64,000 nucleotides of DNA from the human T2T-CHM13v2.0 reference genome, Homo sapiens. The stretch's first letter is position 1; each line of letters starts with the position of its first letter. The stretch is taken from assembly GCF_009914755.1 (NCBI RefSeq), contig NC_060938.1; one strand, written 5' to 3'. The notes under the pieces were generated by a model. It ran no database searches, was not told where the DNA came from, and saw only the letters and a list, made by a program, of their open reading frames with translations. The position numbers and the translations under genes are program-made. This document shows positions 1 through 23,660 of this stretch, piece by piece.

Positions 1-2520
<2,520 letters not shown>

Positions 2521-4969
2521 AAATTTTTTAAACTAAATTATTCAAAGAAGATTACAAAAAGTCTGATAGTCTCTGGGCAATTTGTGTTAATACAAAAAAA
2601 ATTAAAACCAGGAAAGAAAACCCTGAGAGATCAGGAGATAACATACTCTTCATAGAGATATGAAGCATTTCTTTGTTTTCTGTGCTTTCTTAGAAGCAAA
2701 CCTGATTAGGTACAGAAGAAGCCTATATATGTCCTTATTACAGTGTTGAGTAAAATGTCAGTTTCCATCTATCGCATTTATTGTTCCTGATTTGAATACC
2801 CTCTTCTCTTGGATACTTAATTTTTATTCTGTGAAAAGAAATGGAAGAGAGGATCTGAGTTTAGGTTATTCATAATCATCTCAATATAAAATAGTATTGC
2901 CTGCTTACAAAATCTTTCAAGTTTATTTTGGAAGCCTAAATTTTTAAATAATTTTTGTTGATTAATTCTTAAGTTTGGCTTGGCTCTTTTATTACCTGAG
3001 ACACTCTTAAGTGTATAACTTTGAAAGCATAACATTGAACATCAAGGTAGCATCAAAGGAGGAAATGTATAAATGTGCAGTCTCAGTAGTGTTTTTACGT
3101 ATGTGTGTGTTAGTGGGGGTAGTCATTTCTACCCATTCTGACCAGGTAATTAAGTGTGGTTGGTGCCAGTAGATACAACCAGTTTCTTCTACCCCACTCC
3201 CACCAGCTGCCCTAATAAAGTCACTTTTCAGTTGCCTGTTGTCCAAACCTGAAAAACAATCCCAATCCTAGGGTGTATAGTATTATTAACTATAGTCACC
3301 ATATTATGCATTAGATTTCCTGAACTTTTTTCCTCCATATCTACATATCAACTTCTGAAGAACAGGAATGAGTAACTCTTTTTTTTAACGTAGGTTGAAA
3401 GACATACCTAGCCAATATTCTACCATTAACGAATACATACATATTCCATATATAAAAATGTTAACAATCCATAGGAATATCAATATTCTTTCATCTTTTC
3501 CTGGAATGAGATACAAAGTAGTACTGTTTATATAAGTGGAATATGAAGATACGTATTCTCATGAAAATCTCTTATAAAAAGTGATTTGTTCACCTGAGTG
3601 CCCAAGTTTTATGGTTAGATAATTTAATTATCAGATTAATGTTTAGATAAAAGTTATTGAAAAATAATATGTAAAGAGAAAAGTTGTGATGCTAACGAGT
3701 GTTCACTGCTATGTACTTGAGTTGGTTCTTGAACAGGGGTTGGGATCTAAATGTTAGCAAATACAGTGAGATTTTTCATAGTTAAAGTGAAAAAAACTTG
3801 AAAATCTTTCAAATACATATTAATCTCAGTAAGCCAAACAACCAGTTTTTACCCCAGCATTGAAATAAATTCTTTGGTTGAATTAGGTAAATTGGTTGGC
3901 ATGCTTTATAAAGAGGAATAATTACCTTTAAACATTAGAACCTTAGCTGGCACAGCAATTCATTAACCATTGGAACTGAGGTAAACTGTGAAAACTACCA
4001 ACTCAGACACCATTTCATGCTCACTGCAAAGTATATGTTCATTGAATGGAATGGAAAACAAAATGCCTGCAGTATGTAAATTTGTACTCTTTTCTTCCTG
4101 TGTCCTTCCTACCATGGTACTGTCTCCTTTGACCTTTCATCACAACCAGATCTTATTTAAATATTGTACAATTTGAACTGAAAAAAAAAATGGAGCATCT
4201 TCTCTTCACATGAAACGTTATCTGCTTCTTCCAGGAATTGAAGAAGATGTAAATATTTAAGAATATTAAAACCCCAAGAAAAGATGTTCATTAGCAATAA
4301 GATAATATCTCTCAAGTAAAAGTGAGATGCCTTTTACAATTACCTTGATTTCCAGATTGCATCTTCTCTGTGTAGCAGTAGTCTTTGACCATTTGGTTGT
4401 ATTATTATAAGTTGATGTGGTTATGATTGTTTGAAAGTTGTTTGTAACTAAAATAAAAATAAAATCTGTAAATGAATGGTTTTAATTAATTAGACTAAAT
4501 TCGAGACTGCTTTTACAATAATGTGACTCTTACTTCCGTTCTGCTCTGTTTCTTGAATGAGAAAAAAATAGATTTATAACAAGTACTCCTTGAACATCCT
4601 TGGGAGTTTGTCGTGGATGTAACTTTTATCCACTACATGATGTCCCAAGAAAAATATTTTAAGGATACCTACTCTGTACCATAGAATACTTATAGGAGCA
4701 GCCTCAGAATTGTTAGTTTATTATAACCCTTTTTAAAAATGTAAAATGAAATTAATGTGTTTGTCCTTTAATAAGCAGAAGTCAGGAAAATGTAACTGGC
4801 TGGCATTAAACTGCCTATTTTTACCTAATTTATCTCCTCACTAAATCTATATTCTGTTCTGATGAAGGATTCTCACATTTATGTCAGTCTACAAAGTTGA
4901 ACATAAAGTGATTATAAAGATAAGACCAAATGGTACATATTGTCATTAATCTACATCATTCCTTCCATC

Positions 4970-5190
4970 AGCAGTATGTTTTTCAAAGTATGGTCTTCTG
5001 ACCAGCATCAGAAGCGTCACCTGGAAACTTGATAGAAATGTAAATTTTCACCTGGAAACTTGTTAGAAATGTAAATTTTGAGGCACCTAGACATTCTGAA
5101 TCAGAATCTCTGGAAGTGGGGCCCAGCAATCTGTATTTTAACAAGGCTTCTAGAAGATTCTGATGCACACTAAAGTTTGAGAAACACTGC
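4970..5190. mobile_element. MER5A-like hAT-Charlie MITE with an internal 31-bp tandem duplication
   Basis: 'gaatcagaatctctggaagtggggcccagcaatctgtattttaacaag...gattctgatgcacactaaagtttgagaaacactg' is typical of MER5A; duplicated unit at 5018-5048 and 5049-5079. Confidence 0.8.
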
Positions 5191-5516
5191 TCTAACTACA
5201 TCTCACTTTGATAACTTAACAAAGTTATTATTAATAGTAGTCATTAGCTGGTATTTCAAAGATAGTCTTTGTTATTTATTTAAGATTATTTAATCAGCAG
5301 AGGGCACTGCAGTAATTGTTAAGGAGGAAATTTTATTAAATCTACCTAATCAGGTTACAAGCACATGAGTACTAATATATAAATTTGTCTGCTCTGTTAA
5401 TAAAATCATGTCTATAAAAATAAGTGAAAGCACTATACTAAGTGATTTTTCACAGAGTCACTATGCATGTAAAGTATTTCTGCACATTTAGATATATCTA
5501 TTATATGTTCTTTACG

Positions 5517-5874
<358 letters not shown>

Positions 5875-6844
5875 TGAAGTTAAAATATGAACAATTTCAT
5901 CAACAAGATACCTGAATTACTGAATCATTGTTTTTGACACTGTTTTTACAGCTTAGCAGTCTTTGAAGCGTCTTTCTGACTTTAATGTTGTCCTCAAAGT
6001 ATCAAGAAAAAAAAAGGAAAAGATCACAATTATGTGATTTTTCACAGAAGTTTGCAACTTTCATATTGGAAAAATATTTAGACGTCAAAGATAAATATTT
6101 TATTTAAAAAGAATAGCTAAGTCCAATTAAACCTTTATATTTTAGACCGACTAGTTCAGAAATACTGATACCTGAAGTAAGACTATAAATTTCTACCATC
6201 TTTCAAGGAATAAAAGAATCTGGTAATCAAATTAATAATGTATAAGAGGGAAACAGAACTTTAAGCTAGTTAAGGAAAAAATGGTTTCAAGCTTTTAATG
6301 GCATCTTTTTGCCATTGATAATGAACAGTCTGTTAATAATGAATACTTGTGTTATCTATTCATTAACAGATACAGATAACCTTTATTTGTCTGTATTGTA
6401 CTAGCATATGTGATTGAAAGTGATAAAGCTACATTCTTCAAACCATTCTTCTGTTCAGATTTTCTAATAAACAGGTATCTTTCTCTTGTTATATTTGTAA
6501 TTAAGTTTTATTCTCTTATTCTTTGTTTTCTAGTTGCATCTCCCCATTTATAGTTTACAGGTCTTTGTACTCAGCTCTTGCTCTCTTGTCCATCTTCCAG
6601 TCCCCATCTCATTCGCTGCCTGCTCCCTAGTTTAGATCCCTAATTTCAGTATTCTACTTCCTACGTGGCATTTGCCAGTGCTCTTGCATCTGGGTTCTTG
6701 CTCTCCATTCTCTTTTTCCTAGTCTTTGGTTCTCTACTACTCTTTGCAGGTAGTTTCTGGATTTTTGTATTATTTCTGTTCTCTAACTGATATGTGCAGA
6801 ACTGCAAGGATGTAAGAAGAATTGGAAAGTAGAAGCATAGAAAG

Positions 6845-7150
6845 AGCTAACATGTATTGAATACCTATTCTATGCTAAGTGATTTATCATTTAGTTCTCA
6901 GAGCCCTCTTATAAGATGTAGGTATGTTTTATTATTACCTCCATTATATTCATAAGTACTCTGGAAACTTAGGTTAAATATTTTATTCTAATTCACATAG
7001 CAAAACTACATAGTAAAGCCAAGTTTCACATCTAGATTGGTTTATTTATTCCTTCACTTCTTTATTCAACAAATATTTGTTGAGCACATACTATATGTTG
7101 GGCTCCGAACTAGATGCTGAAATAGATCCAGCTCCTATTGTTATTGCCCT
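6845..7150. mobile_element. Degenerate MIR and L2 fragments
   Basis: MIR-like core (gatgtaggta..ttattacctccatt..ggttaaata) followed by the L2 3' end 'ttattcaacaaatatttgttgagcac'. Confidence 0.5.
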
Positions 7151-7557
7151 TAACTGTGTAATGTCATTTTCTGACTTCATAGATGATGATCTTTTACTAC
7201 ACCAAACAGCTTAAGAGGAAGAGAAAATAAAAGGAAAATAGAAGGGTTCTAATGTTTTATGTAAAATGTTTGATACAAACGTGAGAAAGACTGTGTTTGT
7301 GCTTGATTTAAGAATACCCTATTGAAAAGAACAGTTTGTATCTAGCATAGAGAGTCTGACATCCACCTACCCCAACCAACTCACCACCATCAGCATCAAT
7401 GCCTTTCAGTGGCATCACCATGATATATTTTTTCTTTTATGTTCTAAAACATATAAGGTTTGTGTCTCTATGCCCAAATTCTTCAGAAGATCTTCAGAAA
7501 GAATTAACTGTCCTGCCTGAATTATGTTTAGAGAAAGATGAAGAACTTTGTAAAGAA

Positions 7558-7653
7558 TACAGTCAGCCCTGCAGAACCCCTAACTACTGTATTTTCGATC
7601 CTCAGTTGATTGAATCCACAGATGTTGAACCAGCAATATGGAGAGCAACTGTA
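7558..7653. mobile_element. MER2/Tigger-like internally deleted DNA transposon
   Basis: ta-cagtcagccct ... ttttcgatcctcagttgattgaatccacagatg..gaacc...actg-ta: TIR-like ends with TA target sites. Confidence 0.6.
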
Positions 7654-8740
7654 CCTACACTGTGATCCATCCATCTATATATTTTTATACCCTGAAAAAT
7701 ATTTTAGATGGCTTACCCAAATACATAAATACAACAGAATTTTTAAAAATATAAATGTGAAGAGTAGGACAGAGAAAAATCAGATGAAACTAAAGTTGTG
7801 TTCAGTAAGCCTACTGAAAGGTATTCACAAATTTGTTCTCAAGGATAACTTGATTCACAAGCATTGTAATTTAAAAACAAACTGGTAACATAGAAAAGTA
7901 TCCATTCCTAGTTATGATACTTGAAAGGAAATTTCTCCTGTAGGTCCTCCTAAAGACCACAGTGTAATACGGTGAACAATTCAGATGCTTCCTAATGTAA
8001 ATAAGAGTTTGAGCCATTTTATTGATTCTGATTTCATACCACAGAAGCAAAGCCCAATAAACCAATTCTATAAAAAGTGAAATGAGGCATTCAAAGTAGA
8101 TCACTCTCCAGTGGTCTGGCAAAATCCAGTGGTATGTTTTAGAGGATTTAGAAAAATTAATGAACCACATCTCTTTTAGGCAATTCTCACGTATCATTTG
8201 TCAATTGAGTTTTTCATGTGCTGGGTGACAGTGAGCTTACACGCTCTCTGAGGTTTGTTCTACTCACTACTGTAACATCAATACCTCAGATACTACCTAG
8301 TACATAGTAGATGCTTAATAAATATTCGTTATTTAAATGGATAAATGTTGTGCTTTGAAGTATCAATTTTAAGTGAAATACTCCCTTTCAGCTATCTGTT
8401 GATATTTCCCTTCATGTCCCTGAATAAAGTGTGCTACTATACTTTGGGATATATCATCTTTATGTGAAGCCCCGAATTCATGAAATGTCAACCATTGCTT
8501 ATATAACTTTTTCAAGCAAGTAATGAAATAAATATTAACACTATCCAAGAAGTTCCTTTAATATTGTTAACAGTGACATCCCCTTGCTTGATGTTTAGGG
8601 CTCTGATTTTAACATCCTTGAGAAGGTGTTAACCTCCATAAAGCAATTTATAACATAGAAGTAGTGTTTCGTCTTGGTAAGTCTCAAAATCATAACAGAT
8701 AGATTGGCTTTGGAAAATAAGTAATAAAGATTGGATAATG

Positions 8741-9080
8741 ACATGGATGAAGCTGGAAGCCATCATTCTCAGCAAACTAACACAGGAACAGAAAATCAAA
8801 CACTGCATGTTCTCACTCATAACTGGGAGTTGAACAATGAGAACACATGGACACAGGGAGGAAAACAACACACACTGGGGCCTGTCGGCGGGGTGAGGGG
8901 GAAGGGGAGGGAGGGTATTGGGACAAATACCTAATACATGCAGAGCTTAAAACCTAGATGACGGGTTGACAGGTGCAGCAAACCACCATTGCACATATAC
9001 CTATGTAACAAACCTGCACATTCTGCACATGTATACCGGAGCTTAAAGTAAAATTTAAAAAAAAATTTAAATACGTAAAA
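8741..9080 (+). mobile_element. 5'-truncated L1PA (3' end only, ~340 bp)
   Basis: L1PA 3'UTR plus A-rich tail; 15-bp TSD aaagattggataatg (8726-8740) / aaagatgggataatg (9081-9095). Confidence 0.9.
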
Positions 9081-9726
9081 AAAGATGGGATAATGCCAGC
9101 AAAGTCCTTACGTTTTTGTTAGTTTTTCTTTAAAATGTCTCCCATTGTTAAATATCCTGTTATGCTAGGATTCACTGTACCAGTAAATTGCATCAATTCT
9201 GCTAATCCTGTATTCTGTATAATTGGAAGGGATTAACTAATTTATATGCGTTCTAAACTTTATTTATAACATCAATTAGCATCTAATACATACCTGATGC
9301 ATTTTAACTGCTTTTGCCCAGAGCTACAATCTTATTGAAGAGTAGCATTCTACTTTCAAAGAAATATTGAAATATAAACCTTTCTCTCTATACCTTCATA
9401 ATTTACTTTTTGTTTGCCTTTCTACTTATTTACTGTAATACTTCATTTTGCAAACTTTATTTTTGTATTGCTTCCAACTATTATAACTTGCTTAATTTTT
9501 GGAAACAGAGGACTGGAAATGGATTAAGTCATGTATTTCACCCTCAAGTTTTAGCCTAAAATGTATCTTGACCATTATACAGTAAAATATATACCTATTT
9601 TGATTGACCCTTCAAAAATGAAATTTTCTTGTCTTTAGGAAAATTTAGGAGACTTTAGGAAAATGAAATTTTCCTTTCATTAGTGTATTCCAGATTTAAC
9701 TGTACTTATCTTAAGAATGCCGTATC

Positions 9727-10020
9727 CTCCAGGCATGGTGGCTTATGCCTGTAATCCCAGTACTTTGGGAGGATGAGGTGGGCAGATCACCCTGAGGTCA
9801 GGAGTTCGAGACCAGCTTGGCCAACATGGTGAAACCCCATCTCTACTAAAAGTACAAAATTAGCCAGGCATGGTGGTGCGCACCTGTAATCACAGCTACT
9901 CGGAAGGCTGAGGTAGGAGAAACACTTGAACCCGGGAGACGGAGTTTGCAGTAAGCCGAGATCGTGCCACTGCACTCCAGGCAAAAAGAGCAAAACTTTG
10001 TCCCAAAAAAAAAAAAAAAA
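9727..10020 (+). mobile_element. Alu (AluS-like)
   Basis: Dimeric Alu with A tail; imperfect TSD aagaatgccgtatcct / aagggtgccctatcct. Confidence 0.95.
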
Positions 10021-10097
10021 GGGTGCCCTATCCTAAAACTCCTAGTATATAGGTAAACCCCTTCACATCATTAATTTTTTATTTAAAAAAGACGGTT

Positions 10098-16497
<6,400 letters not shown>

Positions 16498-17046
16498 AAA
16501 AAAGACAGTTAATTTACACTAAAGATTAGGAAGATGGTAAATGTAGAATTTTTCCTCTAGCCAGTACATGGGGAAACCTGACATGATGACTTCTTGAGAT
16601 CCTTTTAATTCTATTATAAAAGCATAGAGCTAGGAGAGATATGGATTATCTCAGGTTTTCAGAGACTAATTATTTCAAGAGTAATAGACAAAGGAAAATA
16701 CCCAGATTACTTACCTGGTGAGAAATCTACTAAGTTGTTATAGCAATCTGAGGCCACATTTTTAGAATTTAAGTTATTAGTGAGATGAGATTTCTATCAA
16801 ATACTTCTGAGCTATAAGCAATATGAAAGGACTGCTAATATAAAAATTTTCTTTATTTTCTTGGTCCTCAGCTTTTATTCAGTGGTCCTTGTGAATTGAG
16901 TCTGGATGCCTCAAAAAGATAAATGTTTCAGAAACTAAAAGTATGGTTATTGAAAGCCTGGTTTATAATCATTTTTAAGTGGGTTTTACTAGTCTGACTT
17001 CATTCTTTTTTGGCTTATTTCACTCAGTCTGCTATTTAATCTTTAA

Positions 17047-17148
<102 letters not shown>

Positions 17149-17461
17149 TAAGAAAGTCACCAACATGTTGCAAACCATTTGCTAGGTGAACTGTTTCCGT
17201 GATATTAAAAAAAATCTACACTTTGGCATTGTTGTGAATATTAAATGAGCTAGTCCACATAAAGTTCTTAGCTTATACTAATCACTTAATAAATATTACC
17301 TACTATCATTGTTAAAAAAAAAAGTTAATTCCATACCACTAATCAATACACTATATTGATGAACCTAAGAAACTTTAGTCTTAACACTTAAGTTTGCCCC
17401 TTTTTTTTCCAGAGTTAAGAGCTTTAGTATTCTGTCAGCCACAATTTTCCCACTTCACTTC

Positions 17462-17494
17462 TTTTTGTTGTTGTTGTTGTTGTTGTTGTTGTTG
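17462..17494. repeat. (TTG)n microsatellite
   Basis: About 10 tandem TTG units. Confidence 0.9.
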
Positions 17495-19829
17495 CTTGTT
17501 AAGTTAAACTTTCAGAGACTGTCATATTACTACTGGTAAAAGTTATCAATTCCTAACCCAGAGAATCCAGTTTATTACTATGTAAAGTTACTGTTTTCTG
17601 TGACTGTTTATAATCATCAGTTGATATCTATTAATTGTAGGTAAATACTGATTTAATAAAACTAAACTGCCAAGTTTATTAAAATAACTTGTTCTCACAA
17701 GTTAGGAGCTTATATTCCAATTTATAAATAGCTATGTTGATGTGTTGTTGTGAAAAAAAAGAAGCTCAATTCATATTGTTAATCTTTTAATGCTTGGCAA
17801 CTGGGTATATTTTAATTATTATATTACATTAATGATATACTATTATTATATGAAATTAGTCTACCTAAAACTATGCCTTTGTTGACATAGATGTTGATAT
17901 CCATCCTCGATTTAATGGTACTTATTTGCTACTATTTTAGCAACTCTTAGATTTAGATCCCCTAAATGAGGACAATTACATCACTTAAGTTAAAGATAGA
18001 AGTGTCAACTTAGTCAGAAACTGTTGAAGGATTTAATGAACGTTAATTAATAGTTGATCTCAGAGCAACCTAAAAATAAATAGCAGCTGTATAGTTTCAG
18101 GGTTTCATAATTTATAGCCCTTTATGTATCCTGTGTGTAATATGAATATAAAATTAAATGTGTCCATTGACTATTATGGAATATGAGTTGTAATGTTCTT
18201 TCTGTTACATAGACAAAGTTTATATCCCATCAGTGGCAGCCACTTGAAGCACAGATACAGGAGATTATGAATGGGTCATTAGTTACTATGTTCTTTTTGC
18301 TGTCACGTGTACTGTAACATTTAATTTTAGTAAAAGCAAATAAAGAATTAAAGTACCACGATAGAGACTAAAGCTAAAATTCATGCTGGCCTTTAAGGAA
18401 CTCCAGTTGATTCTTTCATAGTGTTCTTTTTTTAAACCATTACTTATATTACCTACACCAATGAGGTCAGGGGATCCCGTTTTTCCTATGGAATTAAGTA
18501 GTAGTTTTCAAACATAAAAGAACTCTTTCTTGTATACAAGCAATAACATCAGGAAAGAATTAAACTTCATTCTCTTGCTAATTCTTTTGTAATAAAATTT
18601 TAATTCGGTAAACATAATAATATGCTTATTTGCCAAGTCCCATATTAAGCATTAGGGATCCTAAGGTTAGAAAGAAAAATAAGAAATGGTCCTCTCCTTA
18701 AGGATCCCACAGTTTAAATGGAGAAATTATTTCTTGCAACTGTTAAGATAATTCTTCAAATTGAATGTAGCTTTCTTGATCCAGTATAGAAATATCACTT
18801 TTTGTTATATCAAAAGGTTTTCCTGAATTAATTTTTTTCTCCCTTTTGTATCCTCATAATTACCTAGCACTGGACTGCTGAGTGAATGGAAAATTAATTA
18901 GCAGGAGCTGATTCTAATTACTTTGGAATGAGTTGTTCATCTTTATCCTGAAGGCTTTGAAAATTAATACATATAAGCAGCATGGGAGCACCTTCTGGCT
19001 TTTCTGTCTGTGCATTGCTGATTTAACCAAGAATATATTTATAAACTTTGGAACAGACATAGTAGTTTACATTAGTTACAGAAAAGGGGATATTTCCCTG
19101 AATGTTCATTTTTTGTGCTTCTCAAAGCCTTTTTAAAAATTATTATTTTTATAATAGCCATCATTAGATTGGTTCTTCCTTTCTACAGCCTTTCTATTTT
19201 GTATGCACTTCTGGCTTTGTACATGCTTCTGCTATGGAACATGTCATAGTATATTGTAATTAATTATTTGCTTGTCTGTATTACCTAGTTAGTAGAAACT
19301 TCTTAAAGACAGGAGCTTTATCTTATTCTTTTTTACATCCTCAGCCCCTAAAACAAATTCTGACACATAGTAAGTACTCAAAAAATGTATATTGTTGCAG
19401 TTACTATGGATAAATCAGTGTTTTACCATAGTTCTATAGCATGTTTTTTTCAGGTAAATTAATGCATCAAGTTGGTGCCTTACCTTCCTATTTTTATGTC
19501 TAGAGAGCAGCATTAGATAAAAACAAATGTTTAAACCATTACGTCTGTTTGAAATGGTTTCCTACTATTTGGACAACTTAATATCCTCCAGATTTTTTAT
19601 ATAAGTAAGTTGGGAGATATTATGAAGTAATGGTTAAGAACATCATCTCTGAAGACAGATTGCTTGTGTTCTATGTTAATGTCTTTTTTGTTTTCATTTT
19701 CTCATCTATATAATAAAGATGTTAATAGTACCAAATTTCTTGGATAAAGTGAATTAATCTATGTAAAGCACTTAGAAAACTGACTCGTAGTAACTCTTAA
19801 GTGATGACCATGGTTGTTTCGTTAGAGTT

Positions 19830-21520
19830 TTTGTTTTTAGAGTAGGTCTGCTGGTGAAACCTTTTCGTAGCTTTTCTTCATTAGGAAATGTCTTTATTTC
19901 CATATTACTCCTGAAGGATATTTTCACTAGATACAGAAATCTGGGTTGACTGTTCTTTTCTTTCAGCATTAAAAAAAAAAAAGTAAAATAAAATATGATT
20001 CCACTCTCTTTTGCTCCATGGTTCCTGAAAAGAAATGAGCAATCAATTCAAATTGCTGTTTCCTTATGTGTAATGGCAAATTTCTCTGGCTGCTTTGAAG
20101 ATATTTTTTCTGCAGCTTTAGTTTCAGCAATTTGATTATGATGTATCTGGGTGTAGTTTTCTTTTAGATTATCCTTCTGGGTTCAGTGAACTTTATGATT
20201 CTGTAAATTTATGTCTTTAACCAAATTTGGGAAATTTCCTTTTTTTTGCTGCTCCTATGACATGAATTTTAGATTTTTTGGTAATGTCTCACAAATCCCT
20301 GAGGCTCTGTTAATTTTTAAAATCTTTTTTACTCTGTATTAATTTTAGGTTATTTCTATGATCTATCTTCAAATTAGCTGACTTTTCCCCTCTTTCATCT
20401 TCATTCTGCCTTTGAGAATATCTAGTGGTTTTTATTTCAGATATATTTTCAGTTCTAAATTCTCCATTTGGTTTTTTTGTTAATGGTTTCCATTTCTCTA
20501 CTAAGAACTTGTATTTTTACATTTATTTCAAAAGTATTGCCCTTTATGTCATGGAGAATAGTTATAATAACTGCTTAAAATTATTCTTCGGACAATTTCA
20601 ATATCTGGCTTACCTTGGGGTTGACATCGGTTGATTTCTTTTCCCATGAGAACTGGTCAAATTTTCCTTGTTCTATGTTGAGAAATTTTGGATTGTATCC
20701 TGGACATTTTGAACACTGCATTGTAAGTAAATTATTTAACTCCTGTTAAAATCCTTTGGGGAATTTTAATTAGTTAGTTTTAGCAATTGATCTGATTGGG
20801 TTCAGATTGTAAATTCTGTCTCACTTTCTGTGGGTAGTGGCTCAGCCTTTGCTATATTGTTAGTGTCTGCCCAGTACATGAATGATTTAGGAGTTAGTTT
20901 GAGACTTGGGCAGTAGTATATACTAGGTTTATGTTTTAAAATCTTTTCTTGTACTTATTTTATACTGTCCCACGTATTCACAGCTCAGGGATGACCCTGG
21001 AACTTGGGTCAATTCACATCCAAAATTAGAGAATCCACCTTCTTTAGCTCTCTTCTTTTCAAGAATTTTCCCCTCACTCTCCAGCTTCCAGGGGACCCCA
21101 TTCCCAGTTACTCTGGCCAGAAGAGGTTTCTTACAGAGTATTAACTCCCTTTGCAATTATGTAGTTGTACACAACTGACCTTTGGGACAAAGAGCAAAAG
21201 AAAAGAAAAAAGAGAGAAAGAGATTCCTCTTACCTTAGTTCTTTAGACAATATCGGCTCCTTTTTTTTGTTTCCATTAGCCAAAGAGATAGGTAGGTCTT
21301 CTCTCTGAGCTTTGGGTGCTAACACTGTCATTATGGTATTGCAGCTCCACAATTAGGCCTAGCCCCATTAAGAGCTGTTATTCAAGTTCTGACTTCAGTC
21401 CCAAATCTGCCTGCTATTATTTACATTAAACGTCATCAGGTAATCACTGTGTACTCTATAAACAATCGGTAGGAGAGAGAAGCTATGGTTACTTTCTCCA
21501 TCTTGGCTGACACCAAAGAA
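19830..21520 (-). mobile_element. Old L1M fragment (ORF1/5' region), antisense
   Basis: Minus-strand ORF1 C-terminal-like peptide MLKEKNSQPRFLYLVKISFRSNMEIKTF; ends in 'ccatcttggc' (reverse complement of an L1 5' start). Confidence 0.65.
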
Positions 21521-21904
21521 CAAGTGTTCAAACTTTAATACCAGATCCCTGACTTCATATTTACTAGCATTTACTAGCAGTGTTACCTTGGTACTTTACA
21601 AGGTTTAGCACATCTTGTTCCAGTGGTTAACTAAACTGCCCACAAAATAGTAGCATTTAACCTCCCTAAATTTATAATTTATTCCCTACTTGTTTTTTTT
21701 TAAAAGATCAAATACTCTTTTTTCCCCCTAAATTTCATTAAAAACAACAGACTAACCACTGTGGTTATACACTGAAGAATGATTTGTCATGGATTTTATT
21801 CTCAGTTTTGTCATTAATTTGATTTATGATCTCTACTTAGTTTTATAGGGATATTACATAGCTGATAGAAATGTTATGAGGTCCTTTAAAGATTTACTCA
21901 CACA

Positions 21905-21952
21905 TATGTGTGTGTGTGTGTATGTGTGTGTGTATATATATATATATATATA
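21905..21952. repeat. Compound (TG)n(TA)n microsatellite
   Basis: Direct reading. Confidence 0.9.
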
Positions 21953-23271
21953 AAATAAGAAATATCTAATTCATAAAAAGAGAAATTGATTGCCAGTTTT
22001 CCATTTTAGTATGAAGAGATTTACCATTGTAATCTTCAGTGACTCATCTTTCAATTCTGTAACTGTAATAAACACATGCACTGCTTTTAGGGAGGAGATA
22101 ATATTTTCCATTTGCTGCCAAAAATGGTTTTATAACTGATATTGGTTAAAAGAAAAATTTCAGGAAATAACAACACAAAACTTATTTTTTATAGAAATGA
22201 ATCAAATTATTCTTAGTATTATTTAGATAATATTAAAGTAACATGAGTCATTTAAAGTAACAGTACTATCATCTTAAAGAGTTTCTGTTTTTTTAACCCA
22301 CACCAAATATACTTAGCTTATAAAAGTCTGTAGGGGAGCATAAGATGGCAGAGTAGTATATATAGGAATCTGTTTCTCCACCTGGACAACCGTTTGAACT
22401 GGCAGGATCTCTCTGATATAACTATTTTGGAACTTTGTAGTCTATTCAAAGGCTTATGGCTTACTGGAAAAGACTTGACTAGTAGATTTTGGTTAATTTG
22501 GGTCAATTTTAACCTAGTGTGCTACTAGCCAACCATTCTCCAGTGCTCCAGCTAGCAGGTACTAGGGTTTATAGGACAGCTTGTAGAAGACAGAATGGGT
22601 AATTAAGGACCTTATCTTCCAAATATTGGGGATCCAGGTTCTATTGTGGATTACTGCTTTAGGTTGTAGAAGTGCAGAGGCAAAGACAGGCTGCCATTGT
22701 TTCAACCCACACTGGCTGAAGTATCTTCAAGGGATTTATAAGGACAGTACCTACATTTTCCCCTACATTTTTCTTCTTCTCTTTTGGGACCCAGAAATTA
22801 CAGGATTAGAAAATTCAAAGGCAGCTACATATATGGGGGAATTTAGAAAGTCACTATGCATGCCCAGAGGAAAAGGCAGGCTGAGAAAAAGAGAAAGGCC
22901 TTAAGTTTATACCTCAGGCTTATTTCTTACACAGAACACTTTATAACAATTTAAAAAAAAAAAAAAGCAAACCCTAGGGAAGGGAGAGAAGCTGATTTCT
23001 AGAATTACCATATTATAAGATTCAAATATTCAGAGTTCAACAAAAATAAAATGACAAAGCAAAGAAAAAGTATGATCCATTCAAATGAAAACAATAAATT
23101 GACAAAAATCCATGAGGAAGATGAAATGGAGAACTTACTAGACAAAGGCTTTAAAACAACTATCTTAAAGATTCTCAAAGAACTAAAGGAATATATTGAT
23201 AATGCCAAGATAATGATGTGTAAGCAAAAGTAAATATCAATAAATATATTTTAAAAACATAAAAAAAGAAT

Positions 23272-23660
23272 CAATCAGGCAGCTAAAATGACCTATCAGT
23301 TTAATATCATCTTTTAAGGCCATGATGGGACTGTCCATAATCAGGCTTCTCTCCACTGTATGCAGGAGGAAGTGGCCACTATTAACAGCCCTCCCTTTTT
23401 GTAGCATTAGACAGCAACAGGCCACCCTGAGATTATTTACAGAGAACAGCTATAAAAACACTTGCAAATATATTCAGTCCAGACTAGAAAATACTTTTCC
23501 CCCATGAGTGTGAAGATTCATATTGTAGGCTAGTAAATCTCTCTGCACATGTTCATCATGACAATGTACTCAGGAGTTCTAAGTCATGATGAGCATCCTG
23601 CAGCAGTTCCAGTGAATTATGGATGAAAAACATGTATCCTTTAAAAAAATAAAGAAGAAA
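23272..23660 (+). pseudogene. Orphan retrotransposed poly(A) insert of unknown origin (mRNA 3' end or 3' transduction)
   Basis: ~390 nt non-L1 sequence interrupting L1 ORF1; AATAAA at 23648-23653, A tail, perfect TSD aaaaaaagaat (23261-23271 / 23661-23671). Confidence 0.65.

Noticed and set aside
6480-6790. Pyrimidine-skewed tract as a decayed antisense coding sequence or cryptic exon
   Set aside because: No sustained ORF, recognisable peptide, poly(A)/TSD or convincing donor site
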